Part shown: piece by piece, positions 12,640 through 25,600 of the stretch
How positions within the stretch are numbered: position 1 is the stretch's first letter
Layout: each line of letters opens with the position of its first letter
Origin: Ginglymostoma cirratum
Lineage: Eukaryota
Reading direction: 5' to 3'
Assembly: GCA_024137785.1 (NCBI GenBank)
Contig: JAHRHZ010000058.1
Location: forward strand, 14,804,831 to 14,868,830
Length of the DNA stretch: 64,000 nt
Position numbers and translations under genes: made by a program
The notes under the pieces: model-generated
What the model was told of the DNA's origin: nothing
Seen by the model: only the letters and a program-made list of their open reading frames with translations
The model's database searches: none

Positions 12640-12990
12640 TATACATAACTTTAGGAAAGCCTTTGTCAACCAATCAAGGAGATTAAAGGAAATGGAATTA
12701 AGGGTGCATCGTAAACTAAATTTAAAAATTGTTAAAAGAAAAACACAGTGTGTTGGAGTTAAGGGTAATGTTTTGAATGGTTGGAAGTGGCTTGTGGTGT
12801 CCCACAGGGTACAGCTCTGGAGCTACTTAAATATACTTCGTGTATGAGATGTTTGGTTATTGGAAGACAGAGAATAACGGAGAATACCACAATAATAGAT
12901 GTAGTGAAATATTGAGGAGCTAGAAGTGGCATAATATTTAAAGTCAACAAGTATAAAGTCATGCATTTTGATTGTCAAAACAGTTCATGC
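12640..12990 (+). mobile_element. Highly decayed CR1 RT fragment
   Basis: 'aaagcctttg', 'gtggtgtcccacaggg' (GVPQG-like), 'caagtataaagtcatgcattttg'. Confidence 0.5.
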
Positions 12991-15037
12991 AAAACACCCT
13001 ATGGAAATGACAATGTGCTGGCTACTGCTTTGGATGGCAGTCACCCCTTCAGATCACAGGACCTGCTCCAGCAGCTGGTTTAGTTCTGCTACAGTGTCCC
13101 GGGACTTCCTTAGACTGCAGGGGTAATGTGTCTGGCTGATTTCGAGCAAATGGCAGGAAGGACAATAGACCTTGGGATGTCGTCTTCATGTGAAACCTGT
13201 TCAGCAGCATCTGGAAGTTACTGCTGGATCTGGGCTTCTGTTCCTCCTCAGTTTCTCTGTGCCTTCATTGCACTGTAACAACAGTGACAATAACTCCTGC
13301 TTCGACCGGAGCCATTGGTTATGCTTTCAATGAACCTATGTAGGGAATATCGGAAATAGAACATTGATTTTAGTAATGTCAGCTGTCAGCATTTACGTCA
13401 TAGACAAATAACAGTTTAGCAGAGATTTCCATAAAGTGGGACATGGAGGATTCTGGTAAGAAGGGCCATGGAACGTCTCCACATGGAACTTTGACATAGG
13501 GACCTTATTCCAATGCATGCAGCACAAGCCATGTACTCAAATACAGTAGAAGGTTGTCGGTGCAGTAGGATTACTGAAATCATGTCCCCCTGCCCCATCC
13601 CCAGTCCCCACATCACCCAAGATGCATTTAAGTGCATGATGGCAAATTACTTTCAATTTAAATGGGCAAGACCATTTTTATTCACTTTTAGACTCCTCCC
13701 ACCTTCAATTCATGGTTCAGGTCTCTACATTTCTCTACTCACCAACTGTGATTTAGAAAGGCCTTGACAACACAGCTGCCTAAATAAAACTGCAGATATT
13801 CGGAGAAACCTCTTTCAGAATGATGCTGGGGATTTCTAAGCAGCAGCCTGTGGGGAGCTGCACTTTCCACTATAGCTGGGGATGGAAATGGGTTGGCACT
13901 TGTAGGTGTGGTTCTGGCTGCCATTCTTTCTCTTACCTGACTCTGTGAGTTCCCAATTTATGACCACAAAGTCCAGCCTGTTTCCGAGTCATGAGATAGT
14001 GAGCATGGGGGAGGTGTCATCACAGTTGAGGCCAAATTTGATCTCGGTTGAAATTCTGCACGTCAACTTTCCAGTGAGAATTGTTGAATGTCAACCAGAA
14101 GCCAAAACTGTGGTTGAAATATTTATTGCCTGCCCAGCTCCAGGGTTTCCAAAGTCAGATTTAGTGCCACCCTGTCTGAAGTAAGCTATGTCAATAGAAA
14201 GCCAATATAAAGCTGAAACTCTATCCATTTGTAAATGATTTTGAAAGACTTGCTTTTGTACTATTTTGTGTTGGAAATTTGTGGAAAACTGAAGAACATC
14301 CAGTTACGTTAAATTGCAAACAGAACAAAATACATGAAATATTCTACATTCATGGCAAACAACCTTCCTGAGATCCCAACAGTTGGAGATTTATGTTTCT
14401 TTTGGAGCATTTATTAGAACATGAGTTCTTTTACGTTAATTATGAAATGAAATAATGGTTTATCTCTTCCAATAGACTGCACCCTGTCTTTGGGGATGCA
14501 GGTCATCATTTGCTCCATTAGCAAAGTGTTCATCATTTGTACCTCAATTTCTACTGAATGTTTTCTTGAGGGAGAGATGTTTATTATTTATTTGTTCATG
14601 GTATGTAGCCATTGCTAGCTTGGCTAGCATGCACTGTCCTTCCTTAATTCCCATTAAGAAGTTGGTGGCACGCTGCCATCTTGAAATTCCCCCACCAGTT
14701 CTGTTAGGAAGGGAGTTCCAGGATCTTGACTCAGAGATAGTGAAGGAATGGTGATATACTTCAAGTCAGGATGATGTGTGACTTGGAGTGGAACTTGCAA
14801 GTAGCGTTCACGTCCATCAGTTTCCCCTGCTGTTCTGGGTGATGGAGGTTGCACATTTGGAAGATGGTGTCAAAGGAGACTTGGCGAGCTGTGGCAGTAC
14901 ATCTTGTAGGTCGCATGCACTGCTGTCATGGTGTGTTAGTGGTAGAAGGAGTGAATGTTGAAGATCACGGTTATGGTGCCACTGAAGTCGTCTGCTTTGC
15001 CTTGAATGGTGTCCAGTTTTTTGAGTGTTATGGAGTT

Positions 15038-15540
15038 GATAAGTTGAATGGGTGATCAAACATATGACAAATGCAGTGTAACATGGCTAAATGTGAGGTT
15101 AGACACTTCAGTGTGGAAAACTGAAAAATGATATATTGAGACCTGTAGATGTACAAAGGGATCTGGGTGTCCTTGTACACTAGTCAATTAAAGTAAACAA
15201 ACGGTATATTGGCCTTCATTGCAAAAAAGATTTGATTTCATAACTAGGGATGTCTTATCATAGTTGATAGGATCGTCAGTGAGACCACAGCTGGGAAATT
15301 GTATACAGCTTTGGTCTCCAAAAGAAAGGAGATACTCACCATTTAGGGAGTGCAGTGGAGGTTCATTCGGTTGCTACCAGGGATGGCAGACCAGTCCTAT
15401 GATTGTGTCAACTGACTCTGTATTCACTTTTTGCGGGAACACGGCATTGAGACAGAGGATCATCTATGATCATATTGAATGGTGCAGAAGGTTTGAAGGA
15501 CTGAATGAACTACTCCAGCTCTAGTTTCTATGTTTCTGTG
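15038..15540 (+). mobile_element. Deleted CR1 3' fragment nested in the LINE above
   Basis: 'aaatgtgaggtt', 'gggatctgggtgtccttgtacac', 'VRPQLGNCIQLWSP', tail 'tttctatgtttctgtg'. Confidence 0.7.
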
Positions 15541-15749
15541 TTGTGCTCATGTAGGTAAATGGAGAGTATTGCAACACACTCCTAACTTGTGGATGTTGCA
15601 CTGACTCTGGGGAGTCTGAGGTGAGTTAATTGCAGAAAACTTCTGAGCCTCTGACCTGCTGTTGTAGCCACCAAACTTATATGGTCGGTCCTCTTCATGT
15701 TCTTCAATGGTAACCCCTCGTAAATTCTATATATATAATCTATAGACAT

Positions 15750-16146
15750 TCATGCAAACCAGCCTTCCATCCATTGACTTCATCTATACTTCATGCTGCA
15801 ACAGGAAAGCAACCAACATAATCAAAGTCCCCTCACACCCTGGTTATACTCTTTTCCACCCCCTTCCATTGGAATGAAAATATAAAAATTTGTGTACAAG
15901 TACAAACAGATTCAAGAACAGCTTCTTTGCTACTATTACAAGACTTTTGAATGGACTTCTTTAATATTAATGTTGATTTCTCTCTGCACCTTCTCAGTAG
16001 TTGCAACATTGTATCCTGCACTCTGTTCTGTTACCCTGATGCACTTGCATAGTACAATCTGCCTGTAAAGCCCATAAGACAACACTTTTCACATTCTTTC
16101 AGTACACATCACAGTAATAAATCAAATCAAATCGAATCAAATCAAT
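15750..16146 (+). mobile_element. Rex1/Babar-type LINE 3' end with (AAATC)n tail
   Basis: 'LPSIDFIYTSCCNRKATNIIKVPSHPGYTLFHPLP...TSTNRFKNSFFATITRLLNG', then aataaa and about 5 aaatc units at ~16116-16146. Confidence 0.8.
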
Positions 16147-17654
16147 TGATATTGGGAGATTCAGCAATGTTAAAACTGTTGAATGTCAAATGTCAATTCT
16201 CTCTTATTGGAGATAATCATTGCCTGGCAAGTATGTCGTGTGAATGACACTTGCCATTATCAGTCCAAACTTGGATGTTCTCCAAGTGTTTCTGCATTTA
16301 CATGCGGACTGTTTCAGAATCTGTAGTGTTGTACTTGGGGCTGAAGTAGTTGACCACCAACAACCACAGCTATTTTCCTTTCTGCTAGGCATGATTTCAA
16401 CCAATGGAGCGTTTTACCTCTTATTCTCATTTATTCCAGTTTTGTTTGGATTCTGTTGTCATATGCCTTGAAAGGGCAGTCTGAACTCACCATGGGAGTT
16501 CAGCTTTTCCGTCAGTATTGGGAATAAGGCTGTACTGAGGTCAGGAACTCAGTGTCTCTGGTGGCATCTAAACTGAGTGTTAATGAGTTACATATTGCTG
16601 TGGAAGTGCCATTAGGTAGTATTGTTGACAATCCCTTGCCGATGATTGGGAGGCAACTGATAGGGGCAGAATTTGTTTGGGTTGGATTTGACCTGCTTTT
16701 TGTGAACAGGACATACCTGAGCATTTTTCCACATTGCCAGTTAGATGCCAGTTTTGTAGCTATACTGGAACAGCTTGGCTAGGAGTACAGCTGGTTCTGC
16801 AGCACAAGTCTTCAATAATATTGCTGGAATGTTCTTGGGGCCTATAGCTTTTGAAGTATCCAGCTCCTTCATCTGTTCCCTAATGTCGCGTGGAGTGAAT
16901 TGAATTGGCTGGAGATGGTATCTGAGATGCTGGGTACCTCCAGAAGAGGCCGAGATGAATCACCTACTCAGCATTTCTGTGCTTGTTTGTGCAAATTGTT
17001 TGATGGCTGTAGTTGAAGGAATGGGTTCAAGGCCAGTTTTCAGACTACTGCTAATGTCCCTGTAGCCACAGACCACCCATGCATGAGTTTTCTTTTACAT
17101 TTTGCCTTTGAATGACATTGAGACAAATTCAAACCAACCTTTGAAACCACTCTGAACACAACATTTTTTTCAAATCACAACCTCAGAAGAAACTAGCTCC
17201 TACTCTCAGTAAAGCCAAAATCCCAGCTGTGCACATTTTGCCCACAGTCAAGGACTTTAATTATTTCATTTTCAAATAAACGCGCATGGCCTGTTCTTAC
17301 CATCTGGGACCAGATTACCTTCAGTGCCAGTGAGTACGAGTTGATGCAAGGCACCTGATTTAAAAAGTCTGCTGGTCAATGGGAAATAGCCTGGGTATAT
17401 ATGTTGACTATCTCCTTCTGCTGTTTTTTTTTACTTTTGAGAAGTAATCCCCATGGAGACTAGTTATTATTTCAATGGAGGTTTTGGTTATTTGCATATT
17501 AAAGTAGCAATTTAAAGATCACTAGTCTTTGGGGGTTACAAACTTGTAGGATAAAACTGATTTCCTTATGTCTTATGGAGTTGAATATTTTGATTTCAAA
17601 ATGAAGAGTTCATGAAATATGCATGAGGCAATAAAAACATGTTAGCAAACAATA

Positions 17655-17990
17655 GATTTGAATCATACAGCACCTTTCATGACCTCTGGACGTCCCAACA
17701 CTCTTTACAGGCAATAGACAAACTACTTTTGAAGTGTAGACAATGTTGTAATGCAACAAATTTACATACATCTGGGTCTCTCAAACAGCAATGTGCTAAT
17801 GAAGAAATAATTAGGTTTTAATAGTTCTGGTTTAACACGTTATTTGAAAGTTAGCATCTGAAATAATGCAACATTCCCTCAGTATAGCACTAGACGATCA
17901 GCTTTAAGTTATGTGCTGACAAGTCCCTCGAGTTAAACTTGAATTCATCATCTTTTCACTTAGAGATGCGTGTTACCAAGGGAACTATAG
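17655..17990 (-). mobile_element. Decayed Deu-domain SINE fragment
   Basis: Similar to 50770-51180 ('ctttacag..aa..tacttttgaagtgtag', 'aatgcaacattccctcagt'). Confidence 0.5.
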
Positions 17991-18005
17991 CTAACATAGG
18001 TGACT

Positions 18006-18098
18006 CAAAAGCTGAAATTGCTGAAGAAACTCAGCAGGTCTGGCAGCATCTGTGGAGAGAATGCAGAGTTAATGTTTCAGGTCCAGTGACTTCAGAAC
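18006..18098 (-). mobile_element. PLE family-B short 3' copy with a deleted HHR motif
   Basis: Minus strand reads 'gttctgaagtcactggacctgaaacattaactctg...gatgctgccagacctgctgagtttcttcagcaatttc'. Confidence 0.7.
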
Positions 18099-18416
18099 AG
18101 ACCCCTTTAGGTGAGCCTTGTGGGTACACTACAATCTCTCAACCTCTCCCATTTCTCTCTATTTTACTCTTATTACTAAAATCCTTGCTATTACTAAGGA
18201 TGTTGCTTAAAACCTTCCTGTCTAATTTCTTTTAAGCTTTAACTATAATATTTATAAGCTCCTCCTGTTTCCTGCATTCACATTGTGTTGTACACGTTAT
18301 TTCATCACATAAATCAGTCTTTCCTAAGACTTCACACTGTCAGTATTTGGTATGTAGTGTCCGTATGTCCACCTCTGCTGACCTCAGTTAACTTGGCACA
18401 GAAGCTTAAGGTATAA

Positions 18417-18526
18417 GAGATAGTAGGAACCGAAGAAGGGTCTAGGCCCGAAACGTCAGCTTTCCTGCTCCTCTGATGCTGCTTGGCCTGCTGTGTTCAT
18501 CCAGCTCTACACCTTGTTATCTCAGT
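18417..18526. mobile_element. PLE family-A short element: 14 nt inverted tail tip joined to an HHR-bearing tail-less arm
   Basis: TSD ttaaggtataa at 18406-18416 and 18527-18537 (14 bp if one mismatch is allowed). 'gagatagtaggaac' followed by 'cgaagaagggtctaggcccgaaacgtcagc...ttgttatctcag'. Confidence 0.88.
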
Positions 18527-19574
18527 TTAAGGTATAACCCAAGTTTTGAAATTAGCCTTTTAGGGGATAATTATCAGGATTTATTGAGTTAACATCTGAA
18601 ATCTAACCAGCTGTTTTCATCTTCACTTAGGTTTCTTGCTTAACAAGTAAAACTGTTGAGGACAGTTTTAGTCTCTTATTTACAGACAGCAATTCACAGG
18701 ATGACTACTGTTTTTCTATGTGAAAGTGCACACTTCTTGACTACACCATATAGACGCCAAGTTTTTACTGGAATGGACATGAATTTAAACATAAATTCAG
18801 AGAAACGACTAGGGACCAACACCACATGATTGGAATATGTGGACTTGCTAAATCTGTGAGAATGTGAGGAGATCAAAGTATTGGCTTCAGTCCTTACTTC
18901 AGACCCTTGAGATCAAACCATTCCCTGAGCAGCAATGTATTATGTATTGATACATTTAGGAGGAAACTTCACAAAAGGCACCTGATTTTGTTTTAGTTGA
19001 ACACTCTGAAAGGTCAGTTCAAAACAAAGAGATCTTTCCTGTAATCCCCCACTATCGCTGTCTCTTTTCCAGGACTAACGTACACCACCAATTTAATTTG
19101 CAACTTGCAAAACTTCAGGTCATTTTAGAACACATTTAAAGAATCTTGCAATATGATTTGGAACATAAGAAAACATGGAACGAGATTAAGCTGTTTTGCA
19201 CATTGAGTTTATTGCTTTCTTTGACCGTCACTCTGTGTAACCAGTCAAGGAAGCTACCTAATCGATTTAAACCAAAGTCGTTTTGGTTTTAATAGCAGAC
19301 ACACTTTGACAGAAGGCTGGATAAAGTTACTTAGGCCGTGATATTTATAGATATATGCAGGCGGTGTGAAGAGAGAGTTGCCAAATATGGTTTCGGGTGA
19401 GGTGGAGAAGTAGTTAGTGCCAGGTAGGTTGAGAAACCCTGGAAACATGGTGGTCCTATTTGATTTATGGAAAAACCTCAGAATGAGCAGCATTAAATTG
19501 GTAAGTCGGCTGGCTGTTGAAGGAGGAAGTAATTGATTGCCATAACTGCGGAAGCTTGGTTGGTGCTGTAGAAT

Positions 19575-20335
19575 AGAAATTTATTTTGACATGTACACTT
19601 TGCATAAAAAGTACAGAGAAAAGTTTTAAGTCGTCCTACCACGACGCCTACATCAATGACAGAAGCCATACATAATAATAAAAAAAAGTAAACTTGAGAC
19701 AAAGTTCATCACGGTTCCATTAACTGCTCCTAGGGTCGGGGACAGCCAATTAAGGAACAGTGGAATACCCTGAAGATGCAGCCGGAATGGGACCAGTATT
19801 CCGAGATGAGACCACCACACCGTGATGAGACTGCCACACTGGGCCACTGGAATACTGGCTGGAGGCCTCTGCCGGAGAAAACTGCCATGCCGGGCCGAGA
19901 CTGCTGTTCTTGGATGAGACCACCTGCCAGGCCACTGAAATACCTGGAAACCAAAGATGTAGAAGACCTCCACACTGGGACGAGACCTCCACGCCAGGTC
20001 AAGACCACTCTGCCAGAACACGACTGGCACACCAGGAGACTGCCACGCTGTGCCAAGACAGCCACTTCTCTTTCAGGTACCCGGGCCTAGCAACGGACCT
20101 GGACCCTTGGCCTCGTCTTCAAGTCCGGGCTGGGATAATCAGCCTGGGATCTGCTGTTCAGTCAGCAGGAGAACCTGGGCTGGGGTGGAGCTATGTCTAG
20201 CTCGTCCTGGTGCTGCTGCCACTGTCGCTGTCGCCAGAAGCCTCCTCCTTCACCTGTCATGTAAAAGAAAAGAAAACAAAGAAGAAAGAGCTAAGGACAA
20301 AAGGAATAAGGAGAGAGAGAAAAGGGAGAGATTGT
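19575..20335 (-). mobile_element. Probable non-autonomous retroelement with an internal GC-rich degenerate tandem repeat
   Basis: Minus-strand end has aataaa. Roughly ten 'gagacyrccac'-type units at 19800-20070. A/G-rich tract at 20262-20330. Composition differs from the flanks. Confidence 0.45.
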
Positions 20336-21502
20336 GCATATCGGAGAAGGCACTTTGCAGTAGGTCACTTGAACCTGATAGAAGTCAATGGAGATGATTA
20401 TTTGAAATCTCATGCAACAATAATTGTGATAAAACAATTTACACTTTATTTTATGTTTTAAATTCTTAAGGTATTATGAAAAATATGGTTGGTTCATATT
20501 ATAATTTATAACCTACATTTCAGACAGGTCAATTTCCATAAAACATAAAGTGATTGTGTGCATATGTAAATTAAAAGTATGTTATTTGACCAACTGTTCT
20601 CCTTGGGGTTGAGATGATGCCAAGCTGACATGCCTGCCAGTGGAAGTCAGTATCAAGTCAACCATTCACAGCAGAATCTGTAATCTGATGCTTAAACCAG
20701 GGAATCTATGACATTACTGATTACTGTTGATGATTGACTGGCTAGCCCATCTAATGGAACCTGGAGGGGTAGATCTGTCATTGGAAATTGAGACTTTTCC
20801 CAGTTATCTCCAAGCAAACCTATTCCCAAAATGAAAAATTGGACCTGGCTGGACTCCGCAGTGTGATGTATATCAGTGCCCTTCTGTGGTAGGCTGTGTT
20901 TTTTGGTTAACAACTGTGTCCTATGTAAACTCAGGAGGTCTAAGCTCTGACTATGTCTTCTTGTGCTTTTTGGACTAAGGGAAGTGGGACATATCCTGAC
21001 TAGGAGGGAATTCACTCTCCACATTAGACAGTCAAAAATAGTAACATTGTTTTATACCCCAAAAAATTATGATGTGTATCTCTGTGTCAGTCACCTGAGC
21101 GGAATTTAATGTCCTTCCCAAAGCAAGCTTGGTAACAGGGGGACACCTACGTGGGAACAAGGGTGGGTACCCTACTGTCTTCTCAGCTCTGCCTTCATTA
21201 ATTATGTGGTGGAAACACACATTGAGAGCTTTCTTGCCTTGCCACTAGTTGAGGCATTAATCTCCCACATAACAGCCTCATCCTGCTGTTGCTCATATTT
21301 GCTCAGCCCTTGCTGCTGACCTCTTTCCCTTGTGATCTGTAATCATATGACACTCCTCCTGCCAGCATTTACCTTTGTTGTGGGTTCTCAGTGATCTTGG
21401 CTCTTGTCTAGGTGCATTACCAGCAGCAGCAACCACCACAATGCAAGTGGCACAATAGGCAATTGATGGCCTCTGATTGGCTGACAGCTCCTATTGGATG
21501 GA

Positions 21503-21610
21503 TTTCTGAAGAAGCCATACTGGATTCGAAAAGTTAACTCTGTTTCTGTCTCCACAGATTCTGTCAGGTCTGTTGAGTTTCTCCAGCACTTTCTATTTCT
21601 ATTTTGGATT
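21503..21610 (+). mobile_element. PLE family-B short copy with an HHR-like core
   Basis: ctgaaga (21506-21512), agccatactggattc, gaaa (21528-21531), agttaactc, then the family-B body 'tctccacagat..ctgttgagtttctccagca'. Confidence 0.7.
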
Positions 21611-21843
21611 TCCATCCCGAAGTCCCTGATCTTTAGGAACACCCGTTACTGCTCAGTTCAATGCCCAAATACAGTGGGCCTTCCCGAAAGGAGGCGATGC
21701 TCACATCAGCTGGATAGCTGGCAGATAAGACCCCTGTTACCCCTGTTAAACACCACCTATAGTGTGATAAGAAAAAATGTTTTGAATGTATTTTACCTGG
21801 AAGTACTGCATTCAGTCATGCTATTTAATGTATGTATCAGAAT

Positions 21844-22306
21844 CAAAATCTCCCCTCCCCCGACCACATCTCAAAACCAGCCCAGCTCGTCCTCGCCTCC
21901 CTAACCTGTCCTTCCTCCCACCTATCCACTCCTCCCACCTCAAGCCCCACTCCCATCTCCTACCTACTAGCCTCATCCCACCTCCTTGACCTGTCCGTCC
22001 TCCCTGGACTGACCTATTCCCTCCCTAACTCCCCATCTACACTCACTTTTACTGGTTCCAACCCCGCCTCTTTGAAATGTCTGTCTCCTCTCCACCTATC
22101 TTCTCCTTTATCCATCTTCTATCTGCCTCCCCCCCTTCCCTCTCTCCCTATTTATTTCAGAATTGACTTCCCTTCCCCTTTCTGAAGAAGGGTCCAGACC
22201 CGAAATGTCAGCTTTCCTGCTCCTCTGATGCTGATTGGCCTGCTGTGTTCATGCAGCTCTACACCTTGTTATCTCACATTCTCCGGCATTGGCAGTTCCT
22301 ACTATC
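21844..22306 (+). mobile_element. PLE family-A 5'-truncated copy (3' region, HHR, tail) with 13 bp TSD
   Basis: TSD tatgtatcagaat at 21831-21843 and 22307-22319. Colinear with the reverse complement of 8781-9240. Confidence 0.92.
22182..22212 (+). ncRNA. Minimal type-I hammerhead ribozyme motif
   Basis: CUGAAGA-A, stem II GGGU/ACCC with loop CCAG, GAAA, UGUC (the ACGU palindrome has become AUGU). Confidence 0.65.
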
Positions 22307-23264
22307 TATGTATCAGAATGTTAGGTTTTTGTATGACATGAAATATGAGTGAATTATTGAGTTGTGTGTTGGTATTATATAATGGGATCCCATTTAGACC
22401 TAAAAGCACCCATCGCTGCTGTGCCCAACAATGCCTCCATTGATTTGTTTGGTCAGGTTTCCACATTTAGATAGCTATCAATGCATTCAGGTGTACCTGG
22501 AATCCAGGGTATCTATTGGGCTGCGTATCATAAAGTGGGAATGAAGATAAGAGTCACGTTTATTAGCAAATCAGTTCTTTTCGTAATTTCAGCTTTGAAT
22601 GCAAAAGCATCAACAGGCAGAATGACCACTGTGGTTGACTGTCTGACTGAACAAGGCACCCTGCTAGAATATTGACTCACACAACTTACCTTGAGTCCTT
22701 TATAAAACTTATATCCTGACATCTTTGATGTATTATGACTGAAGGAATGCTTTAAAATATAATTTAACTCATGCCTTTTGTTGTGGTTTGTTAAGTAAGC
22801 ACATATGTTATGCCCATAAATATGGATAAGCTTATAATGTGTGGCATCTTTTTGACATTTCTGATTTTATTTTTATTTCCACTACTACAGTATTGTTTAT
22901 TGAATGTTCAATTCTGTATATTATAGATGGACAGAACGTTTATCAATTGACTTTTTTATTTTTTGCAGTGATCTTGATCAGATATAAGTAAATGTTTCTT
23001 TCGGAATAGATTCATATGACACAGAATAAGTCTAAAACTGGGGATCATAAAAATATAAGATAGTAATTAGTAAATTCTAGAAGGAACTTAGAGGAATCAT
23101 ATTTACTCCCAGCAGGGAAAGTGGAACCTGTTGCCACACATAGTGGTTGAGGTGAACAGTGTAGATACGTTTAAGAGGAATCTAAATAAATGAGGGAGAA
23201 AGGAATAGAAGGATATGTTGAAAGTGTGAAGTAATTATTTTCTGGTCTCTCACATTCTATCCTC

Positions 23265-23670
23265 CACAAGCCTGAGGTACTTCAAAACTCTGTGTTTTAA
23301 GTTTCAACAAGTCCTGTCCCCTTATCATCCCCCATCTCTGACCTACGCTGGCTCCCAGTCAAATAATGTCTTGATTTTAAAATTCATATCCTTATTTCAA
23401 ATCCCTCCAAGATAGTGACCCTCCCTCTCTCTGTAATCTCCTGTAACCTTGCAACCCTTCACCCCTAAGCTTTGAAATACTCATACTACACTTTTCTGGC
23501 TTTATCTCTCACTTCCTTCCCTTAAGACATTTCTTAAAAGCTATTTCAAACATTGTCAGCTGACCTAGTGTTTCTTTATGTGGCTCAGTGTTATACTTTG
23601 TTTCTAATGCTCCGTGAAGTGCCTTGGAATGTTTCATTTTGTTAATGGTGAGATGTAAATATAAGCAGTT
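23265..23670 (+). mobile_element. L2 LINE 3' fragment
   Basis: 'SDLRWLPVK*CLDFKIHILISNPS' (L2 HWLPV..RI.FKI motif), then an L2-type tail 'gtgaagtgccttggaatgttt...taaatataag'. Confidence 0.7.
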
Positions 23671-24242
23671 TTAAAATTCGATGTAGTATATATCAATCTT
23701 GATTGACATAGTGTCACAACTATCATGGGCAGTTACTGAAAATCTAAATTGTCACATATATATCTTTACGGATTTTGATAAAATACTTTTGACACGAAGT
23801 AGATTCTGTTTATGTCACAAATGTGTTGTTTTAATAAAACTATTTCAAACATGATATGATTCCAAGTGCTGTCACTACTGGACAAGTCTTTTTCCTGGAA
23901 TATTCAAATAACTGAGAGTTTAGATTTTCTTAGTCTTTTAATAATCTGCAGCATTCCAAGCAAATACTACTGATCAGGAATTTTCACACTCCACGCTCTT
24001 TCACTGGTTAGCTATACTTCCATCTGACTTCAGTCAGGCCTCCTTTAAGCTAAACTGAAAAAAAATTTCATTTTGATTTTGCTAGACATAATGGCTTAAT
24101 GTTTTCTCGCCTCTGTTATAGGCCTCCACAATATAAACAAACTTCAATTAAGTCTCGAGGAGGTTTTGCAGTCACCTGCTCTTTGACGCAAACTGGTTTT
24201 AAGTCATTGTTTCAAATCACTCCGCAAAAATAGACCAAAACC

Positions 24243-24341
24243 TTTTCTGAAGAAGGACCTAGGCCCGAAACGTCAGCTTTTCTGCTCCTCTGATGCTGCT
24301 TGGCCTGCTGTGTTCATCCAGCTCTACACCTTGTTATCTCA
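24243..24341 (+). mobile_element. PLE family-A solo tail-less arm starting at the HHR motif
   Basis: 'ttttctgaagaaggacctaggcccgaaacgtcagc...ttgttatctca'. No long TSD seen. Confidence 0.88.
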
Positions 24342-24540
24342 AAAACTCATATACCACTAGTTTTAAACACAAACTCTTAAAACAAAATCTTGCTTGATCA
24401 TTCTTGGAGTTGTTATTTTCCTTTTATTTTCAAAAACATTATGTATTTGTTGTGACAGATTTCAAAGCCAAACCTGAAATAATTGGCAGGTCATAAATTT
24501 TGATATAAGAGTAACATTTTATAATTTTTTAAGGAAAGGG

Positions 24541-24617
24541 ATATTCGTAGGATACACTTATATCGCAGTAACACGTAACAACAACGTTACTGCGATATGA
24601 ACGTATCCCACAAATAT
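24541..24617. repeat. Hairpin with 32 bp arms and a 13 nt loop
   Basis: 24541-24572 versus the reverse complement of 24586-24617: 27/32 identical, inner 13 bp perfect. Confidence 0.85.
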
Positions 24618-25289
24618 TCAGTTGAATATGCATAATCAATTGCTTGTTATCTGCCAGATAATAAATATAACAAGACTGATCATATTCAAAAGGATAACTT
24701 GAATGTATTAAGGTTGGAACGAATTAAGTGAATAAAATGAGAAAAAGAATGTCTTTAATGCAGATAAATACAGTTTAGTGTACATTACACAGGAGAATAT
24801 TTATTTGCTTGAGACTGGAAATGCATTCGCAATAGTGAAAAAGAGTTTACATGTATGCACTGTCTAATACAGGAAGTATACAGTATTAAGCTATTATTAT
24901 CAGAGCTAACAACACTCAGTGTAAATTTTAAACCACTGTCTCTGGAATCTTACAATTCAATCTAACAGTTAGATTCCCGGGGGCTCTGTGAGTTTCTCAG
25001 ATTTTGTATTTGTTGAGGCATTTATTATTTCTGTTGAATACGAATGAATATTTTCTAGATTCATGGATCTTTTTCCCTTTTTTGTTTAGAAAGTTAGGAC
25101 TGGGAATCCCCACAAACTTTTTAGTAAGTCCAATGGGATCTTTTATGTCCACCTGAGAGAGCAAACATCTCTGAAAATAGAAATTTGTACAGCACAGAAT
25201 TTCTGCAGTACTGCACCAATATCAGTTTTGATTATGTGGTCAAGTTATAGAGTAGGGCTTGCAAGGTTTTGAGAGGCTATATTAGAGGA

Positions 25290-25600
25290 AGTTATTTCCA
25301 GTGGCAGAATCATTGGTAATCAGAAGATCAGACTTATAGTAATCAGCAAAACAGCCACAGGCAATGCGAGGAAACAACTGTTATGTAGCAAGTTTTCTGA
25401 CCTAGAATGTACTGCTTGAAAGGTGAAAGCAGATTTAGTGATAGCTTTCAAAAGGGAATTGGGTAAAAAGCAAGTTGAAATAAAAACAATTGTGGGGCTA
25501 TGGAGCAAGAATTGGAGTTTAGGATAAATTGGATCTTTCTTTTCAAAGAAAGTGCTTGCAGTTGGTTGAATGGCTTCCTTCTGACCCTATATGATTCTTT
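25290..25600 (+). mobile_element. Decayed CR1 3' end
   Basis: 'gctttcaaaagggaattggg' (FKREL), 'gggctatggag', 'ggttgaatggcttccttctg...tatgattct'. Confidence 0.6.

Larger units (their letters stand above)
14578..16985 (-). mobile_element. Decayed CR1/L2-group LINE (RT to 3' end) split by two later insertions
   Basis: Minus-strand frames 'LQVPLQVTHHPDLKY' and 'PISCLPIIGK'. 16200-16310 is the reverse-complement homologue of the 10290-10357/11838-11900 junction sequence. Confidence 0.75.

Noticed and set aside
19800-20070. Repeated motif as a CRISPR-like array
   Set aside because: Units are degenerate and irregular with no fixed-length spacers, the context is eukaryotic, and no cas genes are present.
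21786-22185. Pro/Ser/Leu-rich ORFs
   Set aside because: Translation of the PLE pyrimidine-rich 3' region.
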